Assembly (NCBI GenBank): GCA_004431415.1
Contig: QPMI01000258.1
Location: forward strand, 1-64,000
Origin: Cyanophora paradoxa CCMP329
Lineage: Eukaryota; Plantae; Glaucophyta
Length of the DNA stretch: 64,000 bases
Direction: 5' to 3'
Shown: positions 1 through 12,500 of the stretch, in pieces
How the letters are laid out: every line of letters begins with the position of its first letter
Numbering within the stretch: the first letter of the stretch is position 1
The notes under the pieces: model-generated
Database searches by the model: none
Told to the model about the DNA's origin: nothing
Seen by the model: the letters and a program-made list of their open reading frames with translations, nothing else
Made by a program: the position numbers and the translations under genes

Positions 1-2590
1 CACGGCTCCTCGCGCGGGTTGAGCTGCGCGCTCGGCAGGTGCGGAGGGCTGCTTCACGGCGCTGGAGATCCTGCAGACGAGCCGCGACGCCGCCGTCCAG
101 CGCGAGGCCGCCCTCGGCCAGAAGCTCCTGCGGCCCGCCCCCGCCCCCCGCCCCCCGCCCCCGCCGCCCCGCTCAGCGGCGCGCAGCGGCGAGGGCCAGG
201 CCCCGGAGCCGAAGTGGGGCGAGGAGGCGCAGACGGCGGCGGCGGACTCGATGGTGGTGAACGCGCTGGAGGGCCCCGACTGGGCCGTCGTCTACGTGGC
301 CGCCCCCGACGGGGCGCCCCCGCCCCCCGCCTGCGCGCCCCTCGTGCGCCCCTGCCGCCCCCCGGGGCCCCGCAAGGCTCGTGCCGAGGGCGCGGGGCCA
401 GCTGCTGGCGGCGGAGGAGGAGGACATCTACGCGCCGGGGCTCGCGGGGCAGGCGCAGGGCGCCGCCACCGGCGGCCTCCTCTCCGGCGAGGAGGAGAAG
501 GTCCCCCAGGGCGCGCCCCGCCCCGCCCGCCCCGCCCCGCCCCGGCCCCGCCGCCTCTGAGGGGGCAGCAGAGGCGTACCTGACGGTGCAGCGGCACGGG
601 CACACGCACCGGAAGAAGCGCCTCGGGCACCGCAAGGCCCGCCCCGCCCCTCCCTCGCGGCTCTCCGCGCCGCCGCCTCTTGACGGGGCGGGGGCGCAGC
701 TGCGGCCGGACGGGGTGGTGATCTTCAAGGGCCACCCGAGCTACGAGCTGATGGTGGAGGTGCAGGTCGGCATCCGCGACGCCGTGGGGCGGGAGCAGGC
801 GAAGCCGCCCCGCGCCATCACCCGCCCCTTCTTCCGCCGCGTCGAGACGCAGTTCTTCCCCAAGCGCGCCCCCGCCCCCCGCCCCCCGCCCCGCCTGCCT
901 CCCCGTCGCCTCTGAGCGCGGGGCGGGCGGTAGGGAGGGCTCCCAGACGACCCTGCCCCACTCCGGGGGCGCCGACTTCAAGTTCTGGGACTACTCCCCC
1001 ACGGCCCCCCCCCCCCCCCCCCCCCCCGCCCGCCCCGCCCGCACCTCGGCGCTGACGCGGCGCGCGCGGCAGGTCTTCCGGCAGCTGCGGGAGAAGTTCG
1101 GCATCGACGCCGCCGACTACATGGTGCGCGGGGGCGGCCGGCGCGGCGCCTGGCCGAGCGGGGTGACGGGGGCGGCAGAACGCGATCTGCGGGAACGACG
1201 CGCTGCGGGAGCTGGGGCGGCCCGGCAGCTCCGGCTCCGTCCTCTACATCTCCCAGGTCCGCCCCGCGAGGGGGGCGGGCGCAGGGGGCGGGCCCGGGGC
1301 CCCAGTGCGCCGCCCTGAGCGCGGCCCGCGTTGCGGGAGCGCAGAACCAGCGGTTCGTGATCAAGACGATCTCGCGGGACGAGGCCCACTTCCTCTGGGA
1401 CTTCCTCCCCCGTTACTACGAGGCCCGCCCCCGCCCCCGCCCCGCCCCGCCCCGCCCCGCCCCGCGCGACGCGACGCGGCGGGGCGCAGTTCGTGACGAA
1501 CAACCCGAACACGCTCCTCACGCGCTTCTTCGGCCTGCACAAGATCCGCCCGCACCTCGGCCAGGTCCGACCCCGCCCGGCCCCGCACCTCCGCCGCCCT
1601 GCCCGGGGCGACGGGGCGGGGGGCGCGGCGCAGAACATCCGCATCGTGGTCATGGGCTCCATCTTCCCGACGGACCTCTACCTGCACCAGCGCTTCGACG
1701 TGAAGGGGAGCACGTACAAGCGGGCGGCGACGGAGCTGCAGAAGAAGAACGCGGGGTGCACGTACAAGGACCTCGACCTCAACTTCAGCATCCGCCTCGA
1801 CCCCGAGCGCCGCGAGGCCTTCGTCCGCCAGGTCCGCCCCGCCCCGCCCCGCCCCGCCCGCCGCCGCCGCCCAGCCCAGCGGCGCGCAGGTGGAGACGGA
1901 CAGCAAGTTCCTGGAGTCGTGCGAGATCATGGACTACAGCCTCGTCTTCGGCCTCCACTACCCCGAGAAGCCCGTCCCCCGCGAGCAGGCCGCCGGGGGC
2001 GGGCCCGGCGGCGTCACCTCCCTCGCCTCCGCCCTCTCCGGCGGGCCCTTCGACGCCCCCCGCACCCTCTCCACCTCCTCCCGCCCCGGCGCCCTCCTCG
2101 CCTCCCCCGGCGCCGCCCCCGCCTCGCCGCCCCCCGCCGCCGCCGCCTCGCCGCTGCAGCCGGCCTCGACGGTGGCGATGGCGGCGGGGACGCGGCGGCG
2201 GCTGGAGAACCGGGGGAGCACGCTGGCGTCGGCGCACACGTCGCTGCTGATGAAGGGCGCCGAGGCGGGGGCGGGGGCGGAGGCGCCGGAGTCGCCGTTC
2301 ACGCGGGACTACGGGGGCATGGAGGCGGCGGTGGCGGAGACGGGCGAGCCCGTCATCATCTTCCTCGGCCTCATCGACATCCTCCAGCAGTACGTCGTCC
2401 GCAAGCAGGCCCGCCCCCCCGGCCCCGCCCCCGCCCCCGCCCGGCCCGAGGCCCGCCTCGAGCCGGCGTTCGCGGGCAGATGGAGCACGCGTACAAGTCG
2501 CTGGTGAGCCAGGAGGGCCACTCGGTGATCCCCCCGCACCAGTACGCCGAGCGCTTCAAGAAGTTCGTCTTCTCCAAGTTCGTGTCCTAG
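1..2590 (+). CDS. PIP5K: Phosphatidylinositol-4-phosphate 5-kinase family, multi-exon, 5' end outside window
   Basis: Spliced reading gives KGHPSYELM, DFKFWDYSPTVFRQLREKFGIDAADYM, FVIKTIS, PNTLLTRFFGLHK, RFDVKGSTYKR, YKDLD, FLESCEIMDYSL, IFLGLIDILQQY, SVIPPHQYAERF; TAG at 2588-2590. Confidence 0.95.
995..1027 (+). repeat. Poly-C tract (about 33 nt) forming the 5' arm of a GC-AG intron in PIP5K
   Basis: Direct reading. An equivalent sense-strand C run appears as poly-G at 25705-25725 in the minus-strand MOCOS-like gene. Confidence 0.9.
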
Positions 2591-3066
2591 CACGAGGCCC
2601 CCGCCCCGACCGCCCCGCCCCGGGCCCCGCCCGCCCCCTCCGCATCCCCGCCCCGCGCCCTCGACAGGCCCGGCCCCTCCCGTCTCTCCGCTCCCCCCGA
2701 CATCGACCCCATCCCCGCGCTCGGCCCCGTTCCTCTTCGACGTCGCCCGATTCCACTGTCGCCCGCCATCGGACCCCTCCTCCACAGCCTCCCTTCCCGA
2801 AGCACGGTCCCACTCCTCTCCCAAGCACGCTTTCCCGAGCTCCCCTTCTCTCCCACTCCGAGGCTCCCCGCTCCCGGGTCCCTCGCAAGTCATCGACATC
2901 GCGACGCGGAAACGCTGTGTAGCTTACAGGTTACAGTACATGTACATGCTAATTGATACGACTCGGTTGATCATGATGAAACGCGCACTCTATAGGGATC
3001 CTTGCCGGATCAGCACGAAATAGTTACACGAGTACGTTGACCGGTCCCCGCGTGCCCCGGGCCCCC

Positions 3067-5184
3067 TCACTTGGCGGCGGGCGCGGGGGCGGGCTTGGGG
3101 GAGGGGGCGATGCGGAGGGCGCGCCGGATGGTCTCCCAGTGGCTCGGCAGCGGCTCCTCCGCCGGCGTGCTGCGCGCCCCTCAGCTGAGCTCGGGGCGGG
3201 AGGGCGCGTGGGCCGCACCAGGTGAGGTGCGTGATCGCGGGGAGGAAGGGCCAGACGTTGCAGCGGACGCGCCGGTTCGGGTCCACGCCGGTCCACTTCT
3301 GGATGTCGATCCACTGCTTGCCCCCGTAGAAGCTGCCGGCGAGCAGCCTGAGGGGGGCGCAGCGGGGGCGGGCGGGCGGGGGCGGCGGGGGCGGCGGGGC
3401 GGCGGGGCGCACTTGTTGTACCAGCGGACGAAGAGGATGGCGAAGAAGAGGGCCTTGCTCTCCTTGCCGAGCGCCCGCTGCATCACGTCCTCGACGCCGT
3501 TGACGGTGTGGTAGCGCGGGGTCGCGGAGAAGGTGCAGAAGGCCGCGTAGGCGAGGGCGGTCTTGAGGACGGGCATCTGGGGCGGGGGCGCGAGGCCCGG
3601 GTCCCGGCGCCGCTCCGACGCGAAGCGCGCGCTGCGGAGGCCCTGCGCGACGAGGGCGCCCCCGCCCCCGGCCAGGAAGCCGATGAGCCCGAAGAGGGTC
3701 GCCTTGAAGCCGAACCCGATCCAGCGGTCCAGCAGCGAGTACGGCCGGCTCGCGGGGGACGGCTGGTAGAAGTACGACGGCAGCGCGTCCAGCGCGTTCA
3801 TGATCCGCCCGCTCGCCCCGTAGTAGCTGCCCCCCCGTCAGAGGAGCGGGCTTGGGGGCGCGAGGGAGGCCGGGGCGGGCGGGCGGGCGGGCGGGCGGGG
3901 GGGCGGGCCTGGAGAGGCGGAGGTTGGGGAGGGAGTCGATGTGCGTGGGAGCGAGCACCCAGACGAGGAAGAACTGGGAGATCGTCCCTGCCGGCCCCGC
4001 CCCTCGGCGCTCCGGGGCGGGGGCGGGGCGGGGGCGGGCGGGAGGGGACGGACCGTTGGCGACGTTGGCGAAAGCGAGGTCGAACTCGCGCCAGAAGTTC
4101 TTGCCCCGCTTCTTCACCTCCGCAGAAAGGCGCGAGGTGAACATCACCAGCTCCGCCACCCCCAGCTTGTACAGGAACTTCGGGTCCGCCAGCAGCCTGC
4201 CCCCACGCGCCCGCCCCCGCCTCAGCGCCTCCGCGCGGAGCGGCGGGGCGGGGGAGGCGGGGGCGGACCGCTCGCGCCAGCCGCCGCTGAGGCGGAGGAA
4301 GAAGCGGAGGCGCGGGTCGGCCTCCATCGCCCCGTACGCCCGCACCGTGTCTGCCCCGCTCCCGTGAGCGGCGGCTGGCGGGGAGGAAGGGCCGCCCGGG
4401 GGCGCACCGGGCTTGATTCCGCCCGACTCCACAGCGATGCGGATGTCCGTCGGGAGGTCCATCATCGTGTGGTGGATCTGCGCCCCCCGCTCAGCGCTGC
4501 CGCCGCCCCGCCGGCGCCGCTGGAGGCGTGCGTGCGGCGTCCCGCACCTCCTCGACGGCGACATCCAGCTGCGCGCGGCGGCGGCGGGCGGTCGGTCAAG
4601 GGGCGAGCGCGTGAAGGGTCGCGACCGGCCGCCGGCACCTGCGTGTGCGAGTAGAGCTCCGCGTACGGCCCCGAGGGCTCGATCCCGTCCAGCTCTGTGC
4701 CCCCGGGGGTGATTTCCGAGCGGCGGCGGCAGCGGCGGGTCGGGCGGGCGGGCTCTGCGGCACCGTGCTTGTGTGATCCGTCCATCCAGTCTGTGTCGCT
4801 GTCGCCTTCGCTCTCCGCCTCCGCCGTCGGCCGCGGCTTCTTTGAGCCGCCATCGCTCGACCCGCCCCCGACGCCGCCCCCGCTGATCAGCACTGGCTCG
4901 GTCACGTGGGACGCTGAAGTGCGGCTACTCGACAGAGGGCCCGCGTACGCCGCCGGCTGGGCCCGCCGGAGGTCCGCATCGGGCTTTCCTACGTCCTGGC
5001 AGCGCGGCAAAATTGCCTCGAAGTGCGAGGGCTGAGCGCGCATGCGGAACCGGCGCCGCGACACACGCGGCCGGAGATCGGGGACAACCGCCGGCGCGGC
5101 GTTAGCTGACGGGGCTCCAGCTGACGGCAGAGAGGGACACTGCGATCCCGACCGGAGACGCGCTGGGACGCTAGCCACGAACAT
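3067..5184 (-). CDS. RETICULATA-related (DUF3411-type) plastid envelope membrane protein, multi-exon
   Basis: RLLADPKFLYKLGVAE...AEVKKRGKNFWREFDLAFAN...FLVWVLAPT; YSLLDRW; FSATPRYHTVNGVE; Gly-rich linker; presequence MFVASVP; TGA at 3067-3069 after splicing. Confidence 0.88.
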
Positions 5185-5349
5185 TGAGCTGGTTGACGAT
5201 TACGTGTGGTGGGCTGTCCGGGCTGAGTTCGATTTTGTTGGGCTATGCCCTGCCACCTGAGCGAAGTACGTGCTCGCTGACTCCTGTCCAGGAAGGCGGC
5301 GGAAGCGCGATTCAATCGCACGCGTACCCCGGCGACCTTTTTTTCGAGG

Positions 5350-5613
5350 ATGCAGCGCCCGGAACAGCAGCTGCAGAGCGCGGCCGGCGCGCGCGCAAAT
5401 GGGGACGAGGAACAACGCGAATCGGAGCCGCGCAGCGAGGGAACTCGGGCCTCGAGCTCGGCTTCATGGTCGCCACCGCGCCACCTCGGCGCGCGGCGCG
5501 CTGAAGAGATCCAGGGGAAGCCGCTGTCGGACGAGGAGCGGCAGCGTCATCGCCTGCCCCACGACGAGAAGCCTGACGGAACGCTGCCGTCGGGCAAGCT
5601 GCGGATTCACTGA
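5350..5613 (+). CDS. Possible small hydrophilic protein (87 aa), divergent from the RETICULATA-like gene
   Basis: ATG-initiated ORF with protein-like composition followed by an AT-rich 3' region; no recognisable motif. Confidence 0.3.
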   Translation: MQRPEQQLQSAAGARANGDEEQRESEPRSEGTRASSSASWSPPRHLGARRAEEIQGKPLSDEERQRHRLPHDEKPDGTLPSGKLRIH

Positions 5614-5740
5614 CTCACGAGATGGATACGTTGTGTAAATTGGAAAAATAGATTTCTTCTTGTTAAAGCCGCAGGTTCCACGCGCGTGCGCCCGGCGCCT
5701 TGGGCTAGCGCTAGATGTTCGATTCGTCGCTGCGAAGAGG

Positions 5741-6613
5741 CTACTGCATCACGCGTAGACCGTAATCTTCTTCTTCTGGAGCGCCATCCGGGGTGCCTTC
5801 GAATTCCCTGCTCTCCGGCCGCGGATCCCAGTCCTTATAGGAGACCTGCATGAAGCAGAGGCGGTGCGGGTGCCCTGCGCGGCCGCCGCGGGTCAATCGG
5901 GGAGGCGAGGGAGGGTGAGGGGCGGGGCCGGGGGCACCGGGGTCGGCGGTGCGGAGGCGGTCGCGGGTGGCGGCGATGCGGACGAGGGCGTCCTCGTCGG
6001 AGCCGGCCAGCGCCTCCCGCACCGCCGTCGACGCCAGCACCCGCACCTGCGCCCCGCGTGAGCCCCGGCCGGCCGTGCCGCTGCCCCGGGGCGCAGCGCC
6101 CGCGCGCCTGGCGGCGGAGGAAGCCGTCGGCGGCGAGGTCGATGCGGACGGCGGGCTCGCCGCCGGCGAGGCGACAGGGGCGGGCGCGGGCGAGGAGGAG
6201 GCGCTTCTCGGTGTTCTTGCCGAGGGGCGTGTCGCGGGCGAAGGCGGTCATGTCGCGGGGGAGCTCCGGGGAGACGAGGCGCCCGAGCATGCGGTCCAGG
6301 AGGGCCACGTCGAGGCCGGCCCCGGCGTCCACGTAGTACGCGTACCGCCGCCACCTCGCGCTGAACACCGCGTGGAAGCTCCGCGGCGTCTCCCGCACGA
6401 ACCTGCCGCCCCGCTCGGCCCGGCGGCGGCGCGGCCGGGAGGGGCCGGGCGGGCGCGGCCGGGCGCACGTGACGCGGAGGGCCCCGGGGCAGCAGGCGTC
6501 GATGGCGGCGCGGATGGCGGCGTGGTCGATGGCGTCGTAGCTGTAGAACGAGACGAGCTGCGCGCCGGCTCGGGCCCCGCGGGGGCGGGGGTGGCGGCGG
6601 CGGCTGCAGGGGC

Positions 6614-6648
<35 letters not shown>

Positions 6649-7025
6649 GCCAGCCACCATCACCGTCAGCGGCGTGCTCGAGAGCGGCGCCAGCGCCTTA
6701 AGCACCACACCCTCCACCGTCTCCTTCCCCGTCTGCCGCGCGTACCCCTCGAACGCCGACCCCAGGTACCTAAGAGAGCAGCTCAGCCGCCAGAAAAAGG
6801 CGCCCCCGCCGACCGCCGCCGCCGCACCGAAGGCCCACGACGTACGTGCGTCGCCGATCCCGAGGGCGGCCCGCGCTTGCCTGTGCATCGATCAGTTCAG
6901 CGAGCCGCGGCGGCGTCGCAGGGGGCGGCCGCCGGGGGCACCGGGGACGGCTCTGGGAGGCCGAGCGGATCGGGGTCGATCTGCAGGTCGCGCCGCTGCC
7001 CTCCAAGCCCTACGATGCCCTCCAT
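5741..7025 (-). CDS. tRNA pseudouridine synthase, TruA family, multi-exon (start uncertain)
   Basis: RRTYVVGLR/YLGSAFEGYARQ, TVEGVV, catalytic AGRTDAGVHALGQ, FHAVFSARWRRYAY, ADGFLRRQ/VRVL; TAG at 5741-5743. Confidence 0.9.
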
Positions 7026-7641
7026 GTGCGCTGTCAGAGCCGGGGGCGGGTCCTGGCAGTAGGGCGTGCGGCAGAAGAAGCGCCGCTGCACGAAAGGGGC
7101 CCCCTCCGCAGCCCCGACCGGCGTTTCCCTCTCATCGCTTTCCTCTAAGGTTTCCACGGCGCTGCCCACCGCGGCGCTGCCAGCTGCGGGGCTGGCGTGA
7201 GCGGGGCGCGCACGGCGGCAGCGCTCTCGCGCGCACCGTCGCGGGGCGGCGGCTGGGGCGGTTCCGCGGTGCTAGAACACATCGCACGAGCGTGTCGAGA
7301 GATCGCAGGGGCCTTCCAGCTCCAAGTTGCCCGGCGCGCAAGCGGCACGGAGTGCAGGAACGCCAGGGCGCCAGTTTGCATCCACGCAGTAACAGAGCTT
7401 GCGGCAGCGCTCGAGGATCGGCCCCAGGCTCCAGCCGAGTCCAGCCGCGACGCCAGCCGCCAAGTGCAGCCGGGTACCGATCTTCGAAACCCGGCCCTCG
7501 TTCCCAACGCCTCTGTCACGCAGCGAATCAAATCGTCTGCATCGCAACGCCGTGTTCGTCGGGAGAGGACAGCGAGGACTTGGCTTCTCGACGCTTGCAC
7601 CGCCGGAGAGCTAAGCGTTGTAGCTTCCTTAGGCATCAACC

Positions 7642-8872
7642 ATGGCGGAGCAGGAGAACCGCATGGGATTCATCGAGGTACGAGCGCGTATCGCAGTCTA
7701 TCTCCCGCTCATGCCACCCCCGCTTCGCAGTACTTGGTCTCGAAGCGCGTTACGAACTTCAGCTACCTGAAGAAGTTCTTCGAGGAGCGCGGCGTGCCAT
7801 GGCTCAATTGCATCGTAATGCCGGATGCGGAGCTTGACACGATCTGCAAGCCTGCCGCGCCCGGCGACAAGATCGCCAAGCGGTTCGCGAGGCTTGACCT
7901 GACTCCTGTGCCAGTGCCCGAGCTCGCCGCGCAGGACGGAGCAGCTTTTCTACCTGGGCATGAGCGTCGGCCCGCTACTGCCGCTGCTGAACGGAGACCC
8001 TTTCGTGCGGGCGATGGCGCAGCTGATCGAAGAGTTCGACTACATCTGTGGCAACGTCGTCGAGCGCAACGTCGTGCGCCCGCCGCTCCCTTGCCACGCC
8101 CGATCAAATCTAAAGCGCGCGACGCGCCCGCCGGCGAGCAGAAGAGCGCACGAGCCAAGCAGGGGCTTGGCAACATGCTGGACGACACGGATGAGGGAGC
8201 CCCCGTAAAGGGTGCGCCGGGCTGCGCCGAGCCCCCCGCCCGCCCCGCCCGACGCTGCGCGGCGCAGGCAAGATCGTGAAGGTCGGCAAGACTGTCGTTT
8301 TCAACTACCTCCTCGTGGACTTCAACATAGTGCGCCCGGGCGCCCGCCCCGCCCCGCCCCGCCCCTCCTCAAGCTGCCGCGCTCACCCATTCCCCGCCGG
8401 CAGCCGTGCCAGCTAGACATGAAGCAGGTCCTGCTCTCCTTCTGCGACGTCATGATCCAGGCGTACCAGAAGGCGCGCCCGCCCGCCGGCTGCCCCCTCC
8501 CGTCCCGCCCGGCGTCGGCTGACTCCGGGTGCAGTTCCTCGACCAGTCCAGCGCCTCCCCCGTCCTCTTCGACCCCATACAGAGGATAGACAACCGTATC
8601 TTCGTGCGCGCCCGGCACCGCCTGGGGAGAAGCGGCGGCAGGCGGCCTCTGACGCGGCGGCGCAGACGCACATCCTGTCGCCGCTGACGGCGGAGCTGAA
8701 CAAGCTCTCGATGCAGAGCGCGAAGCGGGAGCTGTCGTCGCTGGACGACATGTTCGACTCCGGGGAGGTGGAGGAGGAGGAGGAGAAGGAGGGGGACGAC
8801 GAGAGCCGCGACTCGAGCGTCAGCGGCCGCGCCTCCTCCCAGGCCTCCGCCGCTCCCGCGGGGCCCCGATAG
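7642..8872 (+). CDS. Conserved-looking eukaryotic protein of unknown function, multi-exon
   Basis: Clean spliced frame MAEQENRMGFIE/YLVSKRVTNFSYLKKFFEERGVPWLNCIVM...LDMKQVLLSFCDVMIQAYQK...ILSPLTAELNKLS with an acidic tail; TAG 8870-8872. Confidence 0.7.
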
Positions 8873-9519
8873 CGCCCGCCCTGCGCACCATTGGTCGCGA
8901 CCCTGGGCCTGTCCGACACAGACGCGCGTCCTAGCTGAGCGAGAAGGGAGGTCGCCGAGGTAGAGGGGACGTCGCAAAGTGCTCACTGAAGTGGGGTGCG
9001 TGCGGGCAGCCCTGATGGACGGCAGCGGCTTGCAAATTGGCGGTTTGTGATCCGCTAGCGCTGGACCTAGCTGCCAGCTGCAGTTCCGACTGGTCGGTGG
9101 GGGTACACGGGGCAACCGGCTCGTTGGCCAGGCGGCGCAGGCCGACGTAGACTCGGCGATACGCGATGAGCCACCTGCAGGCCGCCTCTCAGTCGCTGCG
9201 GGAGTCGGCTGGCACGCCCAGCATGTTTGGCTACGCGCCGTCGGCTCGGAAGCTCGCGCCCGAACAGTCCGTCAACCCTGCCAGTGTTGAATTCGTGCGT
9301 TCGCCGTCCCCTTAGCTCTGCTGCGATCCGGGTTGCGCGGCGTATCTGGCCGATGCTCAAGTCCTGTGGCGGGTGACGCGGACGAAACCGCAGCTGGCCA
9401 AGGAGACGCGCGACAACCCGCCTGGGACGCCTACTTCACCGGAACAGACCATCACCAAGAAACTATTGCAGATCTTGGTGCGCTCTCGCGCTTGGAGCCA
9501 TGGCCAGGAAAGTGGATCC

Positions 9520-12500
9520 ATGTCTGACGTACTCGAAGGCACGGGAGCAAGTAATCTTCAACCTCAGGCAGCTCGAAGGTGTGCCCGGCAACGTGGCGTA
9601 CGCCGCAATGTGCCAGCTGTTGGCGTTACTTCATGGCGCGCAGATGATCTTGCGTTCAATGCGACCGTCCGCCCGGGGAAGGTCGGGCGCTCGGCGCGCT
9701 CGAGCTCAGCCAACGAGGACTTCGCGCCGATCACGCCGCGGAGGGAGCGGCGCTTCCAGATCATGGCGCAGCAGGAGGAGATGGCGACCAACGAGCTCGT
9801 CAGCATGGAGCGCGAGCAGCAGGCCGAGCTCCGCGGCCTCCTCAACGAGATCTTCTACCTGAGGAGGGCCGCCGCCGCCGTCCCCGGCCCCTCCTCCGGG
9901 CAGGAGCGGCGCCCGTCCGGCGAGGTCCAGGGCGAGGAGGCCCCCGGGCCCCTCCCCGGGCCGCTGCCCGATCCCGCCCTGGAGTCGGCGTCTGCGCTGG
10001 CTGCGCGGGTGCGGCCCTCCATACGGCCCGCCGCGCCCGCCAGGCGCAGCGAGCCCCCCCGCGCAGGAACTCTCCGAGCGCCAGCGCCACTGGGACCGCG
10101 CCCGCTCCACCCTGGAGGCCAAGGCACGCCGCGCCGCACAGCCATGCCACCCGCCCTCTCTGACGCTTCCGAGCAAAGATCCGGAGCCTCGAGGTGCAGC
10201 TCTCTTCCGGGGGTGGCCAGGGCGGGGAGGGCGGCTCCAGTGACAGCTGGGAGCGCGAGCGGGCCTCGTTGATCGAGAAGGTGCCTGAGCCGGGGCGCCG
10301 GGGCGCCGGGGCGCCCCTGTGCGCAGCCGGCGAGCGCGTCCCGCCCGCAGATCCGCATCCTGGAGGCGGCGGTCTCGTCGTACCCCACCCCCTCAGCGTC
10401 GGGCTCGGCGACGCCCCAGCAGGGGCCGATGCCGGCGCCGGGGCAGCAGGCGCCGGGGGCGCCGCCTCCGCAGCAGCAGCAGCAGCAGCAGCAGGCGAGC
10501 ACGACGCCATCGAGCCTGGTGGGGGCGGCGCGGGGCGTGCCTTCGCTGGGGGGCCTCCCCTCGCAGGCCGCCTCGATGAACCGGCAGCTCTCGGGCGCCG
10601 CCGCCTCCGTCCCGGGCCTCCAGCTCGCCCCCCTCCAGCAGCACCAGCAGCCGCCTCCGCAGCAGCAGCAGCCGCAGCAGCAGCACGGGCACACGATCCA
10701 CCATCGCGCCGGGGAGCGCGCCAAGGGGGCCCTGCCGAACAGCCGGGTGGGCCTGCCGGACAACTACTCGGGGCTCGTGGTGCTGGTGAAGAGCGTCGAG
10801 GAGCAGAAGGCGGCGGCAGAGGCGGAGCGGGACCGCCTCGAGGCCGCCCTCGCTGACGCCGCCGCCAACACCGCCGCCGTCCGCCCCGCCCCGCCCCGCC
10901 CCGCCCCGCCCCGCCCCGCCCCGCCCCGCCCCGCCCCGCCCCGCCGCTGGGGGCGCTCTGAGCGGCGCGGCAGCTGACGGCGCGATGCGCGGAGCTGGAG
11001 AAGATGCACGTGCGGATGCTCTCGGCAGAGGCGCCCCCGCCGACGCCGGCGGGGGGGCGGGGCGGGGAGGCGGGGGACACGCGCACGGCGGAGGCGCTGC
11101 GGAAGGAGAACGAGGCGCTGCGCTCGGCGATCCGCTCGCTCGAGGGGAAGCTCTTCGTGGCGGACGCGCTGATGAGCGAGCTGGCCAAGGCGAACGCGGA
11201 GGTGGAGCGGCTGGGGTACGTGGTGCGGAGGCACGAGGGGGCGCGGAAGCGGCTGGAGGGGGAGCTCGGCGAGGTCCGCTCCCTCGTGGAGCGCATCGAC
11301 GGCGAGCGCTCCGACCTCGAGGCCCGCGTGCGCCCCGCCTCCCCCCGCCCCGCCCCCGCCACGCCCGGCCCCGCCCTCACCCCACCCCGCCCAGCTCAAG
11401 GCCGCCGAGTCGGCGCTCGGGGCCCCGGCCGGCGGCATCCCGCCCGGCGCAGCCGTCCGCATCGCCGAGCTGGAGACGCGCGTACGTCCGGTGCCCGCGC
11501 GGGGGCCCGCATTGTGCTGAGGGGGGCCCGGCGCCAGCTGCAGGCGGTGCTCGCGGAGAAGGAGGTGGCCCTCGGGCGGGCCGCCGACCGCGCCCCGCCC
11601 GACGCCGCCCTCAAGGCGGCGCTGGCCGAGTCGGAGGGCCTGCGGACGGCGCTGCGGCAGGTGCAGGAGTACGCGCGGCGGGCGGAGGAGGAGCAGGAGC
11701 GGCTGCGGGTGGCGGCGGAGGGCCTGGAGGCGGAGCGGCGGGGGCTGGAGGAGCGGCTGGGGCGGGCGGAGGAGGACCAGGGGGAGGGCCAGCGGGCGCT
11801 CGCGGCGCTCCTCGCCAAGGCGGAGGCCTTGCAGCAGAAGAACGCGACCCTCCACGAGCTCGTCGACTCCCTCCGCGCCCGCGAGGCCGCCCCCGCCTCC
11901 CCCGACGACGACCCTGCCGCCGTCCGCAAGCAGGTCCCCCCCACGGGCCCCGCCTCCACACCCGTTTTCTCTCTCTTTCTCTGACGGGGGCGGGGCCAGC
12001 TGCGGGAGGCGCAGGAGGCGCTGCGGGAGCGGGAGGCGCGGATCGCGTCGCTGGAGGCGGCGGCCGGCGTGGCGCGCGGCTTCCAGGAGCGCCTCGCCAT
12101 CGTCGAGGGGGAGCTGCGGGCGGCGCGCGCCGCCGGCCCCGCCCTCGAGGCCGACCTCAAGGAGGCCCGCGCCAAGCTCGCCGTCGCCGAGCAGCGCGCC
12201 GCCGACGCCGACGTGCCCCCTCCGCGCCTCCTCTCGCGCACGCCCGCCCGACTCGGGTGCCCCGCAGGCGCGGGCGGGGGCGGGGACGGGAGCGGGGCGG
12301 CCGTGGGAGCGGCGGCGGCGGCGGCGCGGGGGTCGGAGGCGCGGGAGAAGGAGCGCGTGGCGGCTCTGGAGGCGGAGCTGAAGATGGCGTGGGCGGCCGC
12401 CGCCTCGGCCGGCAAGCGCGCCGGCGAGGCCGAGAAGCGCGCCGCCGACGCCGAGGCGCGCGCCGCCGCCCTGCAGTCCTCCCCGCCGGGCGCCAAGGGC

